Part shown: positions 51,411 through 61,807 of the stretch, piece by piece
How the letters are laid out: each line of letters opens with the position of its first letter
Position numbering within the stretch: position 1 is the stretch's first letter
DNA from: Longimicrobiales bacterium
GTDB lineage: Bacteria; Gemmatimonadota; Gemmatimonadetes; Longimicrobiales; Gaopeijiaceae
DNA: 64,000 nt
NCBI GenBank assembly: GCA_965249725.1
Contig: CBDFMQ010000002.1
Coordinates: forward strand, 320,001-384,000
Direction: 5' to 3'
Notes under the pieces: generated by a model
What the model was told of the DNA's origin: nothing
Database searches by the model: none
What the model saw: the letters and a program-made list of their open reading frames with translations, nothing else
Position numbers and translations under genes: made by a program

Positions 51411-51443
51411 TGGAATACCCGCTGGAGTACCCGCTGGAGTCCC
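51411..51443. repeat. 12-bp tandem repeat TACCCGCTGGAG x2 with partial flanks
   Basis: Exact copies at 51416-51427 and 51428-51439. Confidence 0.8.
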
Positions 51444-51462
51444 AGGGCGGGACCTCGGGTTG

Positions 51463-52380
51463 ATGCGCATCAGCGGCGACCCTCTTCAGGCGACGTCCGG
51501 GTTCTTCAAGGGACACGGACTCGGCAACGACTACATCGTGTTCGAGGGTGGGGACGACTGGATGATGCGGCCCGAGAGCATCGAGGCCGTGTGTGACCGT
51601 TGGAGGGGACCCGGGAGCGACGGCATCGTTGTCCTCCTGGACCGGAACGGCCCTCCTTTTCGCCTTCGCATGTTCAACCCGGACGGGTCGGAGTTCGAGC
51701 GAAGTGGCAATGGGCTGCGCATCCTCGCCTCCTACCTGGCGGCGGAGGGGCTCGTGGGGGCGGAGCCTTTCGATGTCGAGGTGGGGGGCGACACGGTGGG
51801 TCTGCACGTGCTCGCGCGGCAGGGGAGGGGGGTCTACGACGTTTCCGTCGGAATGGGACGCATCGGATACGGCCCCGAGGCCGTCGGTCTCGACCCAGCG
51901 GCTCTCGACCCGGACGGCCGGATCGACCTCGGTCCGGCCGGGACCCCCGTGCTCGAGCTGATCTCGGTGGGGAACCCACACGCGGTGATTTTTCCCGAAG
52001 TCTGGGCTCCCGAAACGCTCGAGCAAGTCGGGCCGCTCATCTCGACGCATAAGGCGTTTGCTTCAGGGACCAACGTGCAGATGGCCCGCGTGTTAGGCCC
52101 TTGGTTGGTCGAGGCGCGCATCTGGGAGCGAGGGGTGGGCCCCACCTCGGCGTCGGGCACGTCTTCCTGCGCCGTCGCCGCGGCCGTGGTGAGATCGGGC
52201 CGGGGCGACCCGGGGGCTTACGAGGTGCGGATGGAGGGCGGCAGCCTACACGTGACGGTGACCGCAGAGTCGGACGTTACGCTCAGGGGACCCGTGCAGG
52301 AGATCTACCGGGGAAGCCTCACACCCGGGTTTCTCAAGAGACTTGAGGTACTCAAGGGACTTACGTCCGCACCCGCTTGA
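51463..52380 (+). CDS. dapF: Diaminopimelate epimerase family protein (Ser/Ser active site)
   Basis: KGHGLGNDY, GSDG, FNPDGSE, SGNG, VGNPHAV, TNV, WERGVG, SGT. Confidence 0.88.
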   Translation: MRISGDPLQATSGFFKGHGLGNDYIVFEGGDDWMMRPESIEAVCDRWRGPGSDGIVVLLDRNGPPFRLRMFNPDGSEFERSGNGLRILASYLAAEGLVGAEPFDVEVGGDTVGLHVLARQGRGVYDVSVGMGRIGYGPEAVGLDPAALDPDGRIDLGPAGTPVLELISVGNPHAVIFPEVWAPETLEQVGPLISTHKAFASGTNVQMARVLGPWLVEARIWERGVGPTSASGTSSCAVAAAVVRSGRGDPGAYEVRMEGGSLHVTVTAESDVTLRGPVQEIYRGSLTPGFLKRLEVLKGLTSAPA

Positions 52381-53434
52381 GCAGAATCAGCGCACACGCC
52401 AGGAATATGCAGTTGGGCAACCAGGCCGACAGCAGCGGGGACATCGCGCCCGTGCGCCCGGCCGCACCGGCCAGGCGGAACACCAGCATGTAGAGGATCG
52501 TCGATCCAAGGGCGACGCCGATGCCATAGGCTGCTCCCCCCCGCTGTGCACTCGTGGCCAATGGTCCCCCGAAGAGGATGATCACCAGAGTCGCGACTGC
52601 GATGGCTTTGCGCTGCTCCTTCTTGACCAAGAGCTTGCTGGGATCTCCCCCCGAACGACTGATGTTGGCCGCCATCCGATCGATTTCCGAGACGGTCATC
52701 TCGTCTTCGTCATTGGGTCGTTCGAGCAGACTCGTGGGGTGCTCGCCGAATCCTCGGGTCCGCAGAGAGTCGAAGTGGAAGGTCAACGCGGGGCGGTCCT
52801 CCGGGAGGATCCTGAGATATCCGTCTCGGAAGGTCCATCCGTGCACGGTGTCGAACGGGACCTCCCTCGCAGAGATGTGTTCAGCGGGTCGACCGGAGGA
52901 CCGTGCCGGCACCTCCATGACCACCTCTCGAAGGCTGGCCGGCTCCACGTTCAACCGCTGGACAGTGAGCGTCCGCTCGTCGTCTCCCTTGAACACGAAG
53001 GTGGCCCGCCATTGTCTGCTGGGATCCTCGCTGCGGAGGATCTGGCCTGCCCTCCGCTTCGCGACAGGAACGACCTCACTGAGCAGGAGGCCGGCTCCGG
53101 TCAGCAGCAGGCCCATGAAGACGAGCGGGACCATGAGCCGATGAAACGAGATTCCCCCGGCCTTGGCGGCCATCACTTCCCGATGCTGCGTCATGGTGTG
53201 GATCGTAAAAACCGCCGCGAGGAGCGCTGCGATGGGAAAGGACCAGGAGACGTACTCGGGAAACTGGTAGACATAGGCCAAGGCCACTTCCTTGACCGTC
53301 AGGCCGCGTTCGAAGTAGCGATCGACGTACTCGACGATGTTGCCGATGACGAAGAGCAACGGTGCGCCGATGATGAAGAGCGCGAAAATGCGCAGGAACG
53401 TCTTGGCGATGAGGAGATCTAGAATCCGAATCAT
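52361..53434 (-). CDS. lptG: LptF/LptG family LPS export permease
   Basis: PIAALLA, EVMAAKAGGIS, SPLLSAWLPN; second of the pair, ATGA-coupled. Confidence 0.85.
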   Translation of the reverse strand: MIRILDLLIAKTFLRIFALFIIGAPLLFVIGNIVEYVDRYFERGLTVKEVALAYVYQFPEYVSWSFPIAALLAAVFTIHTMTQHREVMAAKAGGISFHRLMVPLVFMGLLLTGAGLLLSEVVPVAKRRAGQILRSEDPSRQWRATFVFKGDDERTLTVQRLNVEPASLREVVMEVPARSSGRPAEHISAREVPFDTVHGWTFRDGYLRILPEDRPALTFHFDSLRTRGFGEHPTSLLERPNDEDEMTVSEIDRMAANISRSGGDPSKLLVKKEQRKAIAVATLVIILFGGPLATSAQRGGAAYGIGVALGSTILYMLVFRLAGAAGRTGAMSPLLSAWLPNCIFLACALILLKRVRT

Positions 53435-54873
53435 GCGGGTGCTTTTCGTGGCCTCACCAGTCGCCCGAGGAAGTCGCCTATGGCGAACCACGCTTCGTCC
53501 AAGCCACCGCCCCGGTTCGCGCCCGTGGCGCGACCCATTCGGGCCGAGAGCACCAACCCCAGCGCCAGAAACGTCAGATCTGGGCCCCACATGGCCCAGA
53601 ACGGCGAGATCACTCCCTTGTCGGCCAGGTTCTCACCGCCGATCAAGCCGGCCCAATAGATGGCGAAGATCGCCACCGACACGGCGATCACCATGCCGAC
53701 TCCACCCCGCGGGAAGCGGATCGCCAGGGGCGCGCCGATCAGCACGAACACGATGCACGCGAACGAGATCGCGAACTTTTTATGGATCTCGACCCAGAAC
53801 TGGTCGACGCTGGTCTGCAGCGCGAAGATCTGGCTCTGATTCTGGCGACTGGTGAGCGCGAGCCGCCTGGTCATGTCGTCCTCGTCGACGAGGAACCCCT
53901 CACCCGCCACCGTCTCGTCCTCGGTAACCGGAGGGAGGGGGACCACCGAATATGGAGTGGGCGAGCCTTCGGGCGGACGTCCGAGTGCTTGATCGAGCAC
54001 CATGCGGGCGCGCTCGTATGAACTCTCTTGCACCCGAGCGATCTCGGCTTTCCGGTCCGCGACTTCGTCCCGCAGCATCGCGACCGACATCTCCCGATCA
54101 CTCCGCACGCTTCCACCTTGTTGACGCTCCAACTCGTCGCCCACCCCCCGCAAGGGAATGATCTGCGTATCGAACTCGGACCGATTGAACTCCCCGGACC
54201 GGTCCGCCCCGACCTCGCGGACTTCACCGTCATACAGAGTCAGATAAAGGTCGGTGCGCGCCTGATTGAACTCCATCTTGCCACTGAGCGCATAGGTGGT
54301 CCGGTGGGCATACGGGTCGCTCAAGTCGTAGATGACGACGTCGGTCATTTCGTTGGTGGTGGGGTCGATGCTGGCCGCTTGCAGGTAGACCGTGCCGGAC
54401 CGGGATTCCGTCTGGATATTGTTGATGACCCGTTCCCGGAGTTCTAGCGTCGGGCTTTTCTTGCCCAGATCGATGATCAGGTTCTTGAGTTGATGATTGG
54501 TTTCCGGCAGGACCTGATCGTTGAAATAGAACATGACGCCGGCCAGGATTATGCCGACCCCGAGTAGGGGAGCCAGCATCGTCATCGGCTTCACCCCGCC
54601 CGCGGACATGGCGGTAATCTCGTTGGCGGCAGTAAGCTCACTGAAGGTGTAGAGTACTGAGACTAGGATAGCCATGGGGAGAGTCAGAGCGATCGTGTGC
54701 GGCAGGGAGAGCAATAGAAACTCTCCGATGACGCTCCACGGCAGACCCTTCCCGACAAGACTCTCCATCCGCTGAGCGACAGCGTTGAGGAAGAGGAGCC
54801 CGGTCAAGGCCGAAAACGCGAAGACGAACGGCCCCGCGTGAGCACGGATTAGATACCTGGTGATAATTCCCAT
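53431..54873 (-). CDS. lptF: LptF/LptG family LPS export permease
   Basis: IITRYL, LTLPMAIL, NEITAMSAGG, EIHKKFAISFAC, AMWGP. Confidence 0.85.
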   Translation of the reverse strand: MGIITRYLIRAHAGPFVFAFSALTGLLFLNAVAQRMESLVGKGLPWSVIGEFLLLSLPHTIALTLPMAILVSVLYTFSELTAANEITAMSAGGVKPMTMLAPLLGVGIILAGVMFYFNDQVLPETNHQLKNLIIDLGKKSPTLELRERVINNIQTESRSGTVYLQAASIDPTTNEMTDVVIYDLSDPYAHRTTYALSGKMEFNQARTDLYLTLYDGEVREVGADRSGEFNRSEFDTQIIPLRGVGDELERQQGGSVRSDREMSVAMLRDEVADRKAEIARVQESSYERARMVLDQALGRPPEGSPTPYSVVPLPPVTEDETVAGEGFLVDEDDMTRRLALTSRQNQSQIFALQTSVDQFWVEIHKKFAISFACIVFVLIGAPLAIRFPRGGVGMVIAVSVAIFAIYWAGLIGGENLADKGVISPFWAMWGPDLTFLALGLVLSARMGRATGANRGGGLDEAWFAIGDFLGRLVRPRKAPA

Positions 54874-54924
54874 TCGGACAACCCTACACCGTACCTCGGC
54901 ATCCGATCCAGGGCTGGCCGCCTA

Positions 54925-57900
54925 GTGTTGGTTTCGCGTACTGCCTTGCTGGGTCTCGCGATCGCGGTGCCTTTGTCTGGTCGCGCCGTCACGGCTCAGG
55001 CCGTCCAGGATGCGGTGCGCTGGACGCCTCCCGGACTCGAGCTGCCGGCGTTCCTCGTGGCCTTTCCCGGTCGGTCCGAGGGGGCGCCGCGTTCGGTGGG
55101 CCAACTCGGCCTCAAGCCGATGCCACCTCTGGTACCCGTGGAGTTCGTCGTACCTGATGTGGTGCAAGGCGGACCCGTACCTCAGGCTTCCCGTTGGTTG
55201 GTGGCTCCCGGACCGACGTTGATTCGGCGGCGTCTCGCGCTCCGCCGCAGGGAGTTGTTCGAACCATCGGCGCCTAGTTCTGTCCGTCGGACCGTGACGG
55301 GCGCTGCCACCGCCTCACGTCTGGCCGGAGGACTGGCGGACCTGGACGTAGAGATCGTGGGGCAGGCGGAGCTGGGTGGTGATTGGACGCGTTTTCGACC
55401 CTGCGACACACGGGTGCAGTTCTCCTGCGACCCCAGCACCCTGCCACAACTCGACCCCGACATTCAGTTCGCCGTACGCGCTCAAGGGACGATCGCTGAA
55501 CGCATCACCCTGGACGTGGACTTCGATCAGGCCCGTGAATTCTCCGCCGCCAACAACATCAACATCTTCTACGACGGAGACGACGACGACGTCCTGAAGC
55601 ACGTGGAATTGGGCGACGTCACGTTCGCGCTGCCGGCGTCGCGCTTCCTCACCGAGGGGATTCCGGCGGGTAACTTCGGCTTCCTCGCTTCGGGGCAAGT
55701 CGGCCCCTTGGAATTCGACGGTGTGTGGGCGCAGCAGCAGGGCGATCTCTCGAGACGTGAGTTCCGCCTGAGCGGGGGGCCGGGGCAGGAGAGCTTCGTG
55801 CAGGTCGACACGTTGGTCCTCGATGACGCCGACTACGTGCGGGGGCAGTTCTTCTTCCTCGTAGATCCCGAGTTCATCGATCGCAGCCCGCACATCGACG
55901 TGCTTTCGTTAGACCCGTCGGCCGGTCCGGTGGCGCTCTCTCCCGGCGCCCAGCCCATCCAGGTGTACCGCTTCGAGACGGACCCCGTCACCCGCCAGCA
56001 GGTCGAGGGCCTGATCCAGGCGGACGCCTTCGCCTCCAAGGATGGAGACACCGTCGAGGAGTCGGGGTGGTTCCGCTTCCTGCAGCCCGGCGTCGACTAT
56101 TCCGTCCACTCTAGTGGCCTGTGGCTGGCACTGCGTCAGCCGCTTCGGCGGGACGAGATGCTCGCGGTGACCTACGTCACCGCCACGGGAGACACCATCG
56201 GTACGTACAACCCCGAGAGTGTCTACAACCAGGGAGGCCGTCCGCGCCTCAAGCTCCTGAAGGCGTCCCGGGCGAACCACCGTCCCGGGAGGCCGACCTG
56301 GGACCTGGAGATGCACCAGGTCTACCGGGTGTCGTCCTCGCCCGACGTGGATCCCAATTCGGTACAGCTGACGATCTCGCTGGGCGAGCTCAGCGCGGGG
56401 CGCACCTTCAAGAGAGAACTCGGGGGTAGGGACATCACGTTCTTGCGGCTCTTCGGCCTCGACGAGGAGTCACCCATCGACGTGTTGGACGAGGCGGGGG
56501 TCTACAAACCCGCGCTCGAGCTGTTTCAGGAGCAGCCGGTCATTCCGGGTGTCTTCATCGTCTTCCCGACCCTCAGACCGTTCCAGACGCCACCACCCGT
56601 AGAGTCTCTGCGTCTCAGCGACGTGCAGTCCGCGTCGATTCTCGGGGGCGACGGGAATCCGACGATCTACGAGGAGGAGGATCCGTTCCTTCGGGAGAGC
56701 GGTGGGCTGTTCCGACTGACCATCCCGTTCGAGCTGAGGAGTCGAGGTGTCATCTCCTCGTTCTCGTTGGGAGCCATCGGCATACGGGACGACTCGGAGA
56801 GGATCTTCCTGGGTGACCGTCTGTTGACCCGGGGCACCGACTATCAGATCGACTACTCCATCGGTCAGGTGACTCTCATCCAACCGGAGGTCCTGTTCGC
56901 CACGGCTTCGGAGCCGGTCGTCAGGGCCGCATGGGAGCAGAAGTCCATTTTCCAGGTGGCTCCTACGACGGTGTTCGGACTCAGCGGGCGTTTGTCGGCG
57001 GGCGAGGTTGGCGGTTTCAACTTCCTCGCCCTTCACCAGCGCGAGAGAACTCTGGTGAACCGGCCGCAGCTGGGCGTAGAGCCCGCCGCGATCACGTTGA
57101 GCGGTTTGAGCATGGACTTCGACTTTCCTGCTCGCGGACTCGACCGCCTCGTTGAGAGCATACCGTTCCTTCGTGTCGGGGGGCCGTCACGCATCGGGGT
57201 CCAGGGTGAAGTGGCGCTCTCCTTTCCCAACCCGAACATCCGCTCCGACGTCTTTCTCGACGACTTCGACGCCGCTAATGAACTCGGGCTCTCGCTGTTC
57301 TCCCATGAGTGGCTCCGTGGGGCGGTACCGGGCTTCAGGAACGGAGCCGAGGGTGTGCTCCCGGTGGCCCTCAATGAGACCGATGCTGCCCAACTCGTGT
57401 GGCAACACAGTTGGACGCTTCCCGGTGTCGGTCAGGACAGCGTCGGTGTCTTTCCCGGATTCCTCCCTGAGGACGACATCGACCGCCAGATCAACACCCA
57501 GGGGAATCAAGTGCGGGAGATCGGCCTGCTCTTCTCCTTCACACCGAACCCCGATGCGCCGGGCGGGAACTCATGGCGCTCGATCACGACCAGCCTGAGT
57601 TCCACCGGTCTCGACCTGAGCAAGAGCGAGTCTCTCGAGTTCTATGTGGCCGAGGGGGATTCCCTCAACCTGATCATCGATCTCGGGACCGTGGCGGAGG
57701 ACGCCCTCTTCTTGGACGCCGAAGGACGCCTCAACGGTGTGAAGACCAACGGGTCGAGATGGGGCATGGGGATTCTGGACCACGAGGCAGATCCTCGACT
57801 CGGAGAGATCTGGAGCCAGGAGGCGGACGCCCGTGGGGTCTGGCTCGAGTCGTGCCAATCCGAGCCTGCCGCGGTCTACTCGACGGGCGACATCAGGGCG

Positions 57901-60900
57901 AACTGTACTCGGGGGAACGGCCGGCAGGACACCGAGGACATGGACGGGGACGGAAACCTGGACACGCTGGAGCGCTACCTTCGGTTCGTTGTGCGCCTCG
58001 ATGGTTCCTCGCCTTTCCTGGTCCGTACGCGTGCGGAGACCGGCACCAATTTCGAGCTGTACCGTGTACCCCTACGGGGAATGGGGGCCACGGAGGTTCC
58101 GGGCTCATTCTCAGACGCGGACTTCCGTGCCGTGAAGCACCTTCGCTTGACCGTCGCCGGCGCTCGGGAGCAGCAGTTCATCCTCACCCGGATGCGCGTG
58201 GTCGGGACCCACTGGATCAAACGGACCGAGTCGGGCGTGATGAGAGGGATCATCGGGGATACGGCCAGCTTCATCGGTCGGGCGGAGGTAGGACCGGTCA
58301 GCCGGGTCACCGAAGGCGAGGGGTACGCTGCGCCCCCGGGGGTGATCGAGGAGCTGGACGATCCGACGGCCACCTTCGCCGGCCGTGGCTTCGAGTTCAA
58401 CGAGAAGGGGCTCAAGCTCGAGTACGAGGACCTTCAATCCGGAGACCGTGCGGAGGTCTTCAACCGGTTCCCTCAGCGCCCCCGGGACTTCCTCGCGTAC
58501 CGGGAGCTGCGGCTTTGGGCTCTGGCCCGCGACGGTGACTGGGGGCCGACACAGCCCGTCTCCTTCTTCGTGAAGGTCGGCGAGGACGACGAGAACTTCT
58601 ATCTCTATCGAACGCCGCTCACTCGGGTGGTGAGCCCCGACCGAGTCGCACCGGGAGACTGGCTGCCCGAGATCGTGGTCGACTTCCGGGAGTGGCTCGA
58701 TCTTCGACGACGGGCCGAGGAAGAGCTCATCATCAATCCGAGGGGTCCTGCGGATCCTCCGGTGGAGTTGTGGGCGAGAGACTCGACCTACGCGGTCGTG
58801 TTGAAGGACCGTGCTCGAGCCCCGAATCTGGCCGCGGTTCGAGAACTCTCGCTCGGTGTCTGGAACCGACTCGGGGGCCCGACCACCGGTGAGGTCTGGA
58901 TCAATGAGATGCGACTGTCGGATGCGCTTCGAGATGTCGGCGTCGCGTCTCACTTCGGCGTGGACATAGAGGCCTCGGACGTGTGGACCACACACATGAC
59001 GGTCACGAGCCGGGGGGGCTTGTTTCGACAGCTCGAGGACAACCCCACCTTCCAGGCCGACCGCGTATTCAGTTTGAACTCTACTCTGAACGTGGAACGA
59101 ATGACGCCCGCGGCCTGGGGGGTCGAGATTCCGCTCACGGTATCCCACGTCCGTGCCGATCAGGATCCGCAGTTTCTTGCCCGCAGCGACGTCAGGGCTG
59201 GGAGCGTCCAGAACCTCAGGAAGACCGGGTCCAGCCGAACCCGCGTCGACGTCTCGTTCCGGAAACGCACTCCGACATCCAACCCGGTCGTCGGACTGCT
59301 GCTCGACGGATTAGAGGCTCGAGCGGGCTACTACACGGTGGCTTCGAGCTCGATCACGGCCGAGGGGTCCTCGGAGGGGGTCGACGCTCGCCTGGGATAC
59401 GGTCGGGCCGTGGGCAGGCGCGACTTTGCGGTGGTCCCCGGGTTCCTGCGTCCGGTGCTCCGTTGGATCCTTCCCACGGCGTGGGAGGAGTCGATCGTGA
59501 ACGGCCGCCTTCGGTGGACCCCTGAGCGTCTGTCTCTGGGTGCGTCATACGCCCGAACGGACCAGCGAGCGTTGCGCTTCGACCAAATCGTCGAAGGTCC
59601 GGGGGACGATCTTCTGCCGGAGACGCGCTCGCCCAGGGAGTCTCTGGAAGGCGCCATGGAGATCGTGTTTCAGCCGTTCCGTGCGGTCACCGCCCAGGCC
59701 GATCTCGTTTCGATTCGCGACTTGCTGCGTCCGGACGAAGCCGTGACGGATCCCGAGGTGCAGGAATTGCTGGACGCAGAGCGCTCCGAATTCGGGGGCT
59801 TCGACTTCGGTTGGGAAACGGATCAGCTCATCCGGACTCGAATGAACTACGAGCCCCGGCTGGGAGACTGGCTGCGGGCCAATCTCGGCTGGCAGACCTA
59901 CTACTCGAGTGACCGGAACGCCACGTTCGTGGATCGCGACCCACAAGGGGCGGATACGGTTCTGGCGTTGCAGCGCAACATCAACGGCCAACGCGATTTC
60001 ACGGGGCAGTTCACCATCGTGCCTCAGGCCCTGCTCGGCACTCCTGCAGAGGACCCGGGGCGGTCCGGCTTCGACCAGGTCATGAGACAGGCACTCGCTG
60101 CCGTAGATCCGGTGTCCATCACCTACCAGGACGGGATCACCTCTCGATTCAACCGCGATCCCGTCAATCCGGGCTTCGAGTATCGATTCGGCATCTCGGA
60201 CATCGATGGCTATCGATTCCTCGAGGCGGATACGGCCACCACGCTCACCGACCGGGTGGGGTGGACGGTGCGTTCCGGTGTCCGCCTACCCGCGGTGATC
60301 CAAGTCGGTGTGAACTACCGGCTCAGCGAAGCCAACACGCTCGACACCAGGAGTGACCGTACCCTGAAGCGTGAGACGTGGCCGGACGTCTCGGCTACCG
60401 TCAGCAGCCTGCCACTTCCGGAAGAACAGTCGCTCCTCCAGCGGGTGAGCCTGTCCACGGGATTCCAGCGGGTCCGGCAGGAGACCGCGTACGGCGGTGC
60501 GGGGCAGCAGCAGCGCTTCCAGGAGGACGAGCGCATTCCGGTCGATGTTGCGGTGGTATGGGGTGGAGGGGTGTCCACGAGCTACCGTGGGTCGTTCGTC
60601 AGTGGTGAAGGGGGTGACCCGACCGGGGGCACGGAGCGGAGGAGGGAGAACCACACGGTCTCGATCTCGGGCGCTTTCCGGCCGCCCTTGGGGCTCGCCG
60701 ATCGTCTCGAGAGGCCACTCACCACGTCTGCGCTGGTCCAGTACACGGCGGACAGAAACTGCCGCACCACGGCGGGGGGCACCGACTGCGTGCCGTTCCT
60801 CGACGAGCTCATTCGAAGCTTGATGCTGCGACTGGAGACCACGGTATCGAGGACGGATCTACGCCTGCAGCTCTCATACACGAACCGGAAGTCGTTCGTC

Positions 60901-60981
60901 GGGCTGCAGTCGGGGTCGACCCAGTTCCAGTTCGGGTTGTTCGGTCGCTTCATCATCGCCGACGACGCGCTTCTTCGCTGA
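54925..60981 (+). CDS. sprA: SprA/Sov-like giant outer-membrane barrel (T9SS translocon homolog)
   Basis: 2018 aa with signal peptide; NNINIFYDG...VELGDV, RGTDYQIDYSIGQV, DDFD, DTEDMDGDG, GEVWINEMRL; beta-rich C-terminus. Confidence 0.8.
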   Translation: MLVSRTALLGLAIAVPLSGRAVTAQAVQDAVRWTPPGLELPAFLVAFPGRSEGAPRSVGQLGLKPMPPLVPVEFVVPDVVQGGPVPQASRWLVAPGPTLIRRRLALRRRELFEPSAPSSVRRTVTGAATASRLAGGLADLDVEIVGQAELGGDWTRFRPCDTRVQFSCDPSTLPQLDPDIQFAVRAQGTIAERITLDVDFDQAREFSAANNINIFYDGDDDDVLKHVELGDVTFALPASRFLTEGIPAGNFGFLASGQVGPLEFDGVWAQQQGDLSRREFRLSGGPGQESFVQVDTLVLDDADYVRGQFFFLVDPEFIDRSPHIDVLSLDPSAGPVALSPGAQPIQVYRFETDPVTRQQVEGLIQADAFASKDGDTVEESGWFRFLQPGVDYSVHSSGLWLALRQPLRRDEMLAVTYVTATGDTIGTYNPESVYNQGGRPRLKLLKASRANHRPGRPTWDLEMHQVYRVSSSPDVDPNSVQLTISLGELSAGRTFKRELGGRDITFLRLFGLDEESPIDVLDEAGVYKPALELFQEQPVIPGVFIVFPTLRPFQTPPPVESLRLSDVQSASILGGDGNPTIYEEEDPFLRESGGLFRLTIPFELRSRGVISSFSLGAIGIRDDSERIFLGDRLLTRGTDYQIDYSIGQVTLIQPEVLFATASEPVVRAAWEQKSIFQVAPTTVFGLSGRLSAGEVGGFNFLALHQRERTLVNRPQLGVEPAAITLSGLSMDFDFPARGLDRLVESIPFLRVGGPSRIGVQGEVALSFPNPNIRSDVFLDDFDAANELGLSLFSHEWLRGAVPGFRNGAEGVLPVALNETDAAQLVWQHSWTLPGVGQDSVGVFPGFLPEDDIDRQINTQGNQVREIGLLFSFTPNPDAPGGNSWRSITTSLSSTGLDLSKSESLEFYVAEGDSLNLIIDLGTVAEDALFLDAEGRLNGVKTNGSRWGMGILDHEADPRLGEIWSQEADARGVWLESCQSEPAAVYSTGDIRANCTRGNGRQDTEDMDGDGNLDTLERYLRFVVRLDGSSPFLVRTRAETGTNFELYRVPLRGMGATEVPGSFSDADFRAVKHLRLTVAGAREQQFILTRMRVVGTHWIKRTESGVMRGIIGDTASFIGRAEVGPVSRVTEGEGYAAPPGVIEELDDPTATFAGRGFEFNEKGLKLEYEDLQSGDRAEVFNRFPQRPRDFLAYRELRLWALARDGDWGPTQPVSFFVKVGEDDENFYLYRTPLTRVVSPDRVAPGDWLPEIVVDFREWLDLRRRAEEELIINPRGPADPPVELWARDSTYAVVLKDRARAPNLAAVRELSLGVWNRLGGPTTGEVWINEMRLSDALRDVGVASHFGVDIEASDVWTTHMTVTSRGGLFRQLEDNPTFQADRVFSLNSTLNVERMTPAAWGVEIPLTVSHVRADQDPQFLARSDVRAGSVQNLRKTGSSRTRVDVSFRKRTPTSNPVVGLLLDGLEARAGYYTVASSSITAEGSSEGVDARLGYGRAVGRRDFAVVPGFLRPVLRWILPTAWEESIVNGRLRWTPERLSLGASYARTDQRALRFDQIVEGPGDDLLPETRSPRESLEGAMEIVFQPFRAVTAQADLVSIRDLLRPDEAVTDPEVQELLDAERSEFGGFDFGWETDQLIRTRMNYEPRLGDWLRANLGWQTYYSSDRNATFVDRDPQGADTVLALQRNINGQRDFTGQFTIVPQALLGTPAEDPGRSGFDQVMRQALAAVDPVSITYQDGITSRFNRDPVNPGFEYRFGISDIDGYRFLEADTATTLTDRVGWTVRSGVRLPAVIQVGVNYRLSEANTLDTRSDRTLKRETWPDVSATVSSLPLPEEQSLLQRVSLSTGFQRVRQETAYGGAGQQQRFQEDERIPVDVAVVWGGGVSTSYRGSFVSGEGGDPTGGTERRRENHTVSISGAFRPPLGLADRLERPLTTSALVQYTADRNCRTTAGGTDCVPFLDELIRSLMLRLETTVSRTDLRLQLSYTNRKSFVGLQSGSTQFQFGLFGRFIIADDALLR

Positions 60982-61044
60982 CCCTGTCCCCCTGATGACC
61001 CCGGAGACCATAGCGTCGCCCGGAGCTCTCGCTCAGCATGGTAC

Positions 61045-61707
61045 ATGACGTCCGCGGAATCCCGGGCCCTCGCACGGGCTGCTCTTCTAGTACTGGTTCT
61101 GTGCGTCGTCCGTGCCCTCGCCGCTCACCGTACTTCTGGAGATTCGGCGCGGTACGGGGCCTCCCCGGTGGGGACGCTCCTAGCCGAGAGCGAGGACCGC
61201 CGGAGCGAGGACGCGCGCCGAAGCCGGCCGATTTCGGCGGCGGAGCCACTCGATCCCAACTCCGCCAGCGAGGAGGAGTTGGATCGTCTACCGGGGGTAG
61301 GGCCCGCCACCGCGCGTCGAATCGTCCGAGTCAGGGACGAAACGGGAAGATTTTCGGGGCCGGAAGACCTCCTTGCGGTCCCGGGGATCGGTCAGGCGAC
61401 GTTGGCAAGGATCGGACCGTTTCTTACGTGGCCTGATGGCTCCGGGGGGCCCGTCCGGCCCCGGGTGGTTCGCCCCGAGCGAGGGGCCGGCCGACCCTCG
61501 CAGACGCAGCGCGTGCTGGACCTGAACCGGGCAAGCCAAGAGGACTTGGAGGGCCTGCCTGGCGTGGGTTCGACCCTCGCCGCCCGGATTTTGGCTCTGC
61601 GCGACACCCTGGGCGGATTCCGCACCGCGGACGACCTCGAACGGGTCCGAGGGCTCGGTCCCGCCACGGTAACTCGCTTGAAGCCCTTCGTAATCGCTGG
61701 TCACTGA
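61045..61707 (+). CDS. comEA: ComEA-like DNA-binding protein with two HhH modules
   Basis: N-terminal TM; two DxNxAS...LPGVG...A-x-RI...G-x-F...DL-x-x-V-x-G(I/L)G modules. Confidence 0.88.
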   Translation: MTSAESRALARAALLVLVLCVVRALAAHRTSGDSARYGASPVGTLLAESEDRRSEDARRSRPISAAEPLDPNSASEEELDRLPGVGPATARRIVRVRDETGRFSGPEDLLAVPGIGQATLARIGPFLTWPDGSGGPVRPRVVRPERGAGRPSQTQRVLDLNRASQEDLEGLPGVGSTLAARILALRDTLGGFRTADDLERVRGLGPATVTRLKPFVIAGH

Positions 61708-61719
61708 GGGATTCCGTGC

Positions 61720-61749
61720 TTGCCCGGCAGGGTCGCCCGATCCTACCTT
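61720..61749 (+). promoter_or_regulatory. Possible sigma70 promoter TTGCCC-N18-TACCTT for pilB-pilT
   Basis: TTG and TAnnnT boxes upstream of the GAGGAGG RBS. Confidence 0.35.
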
Positions 61750-61807
61750 TGGCTGTACGCACGCAAACGTTTCCGCCTGATTACGCTCCCAGAGGAGGGC
61801 TCCGGCG

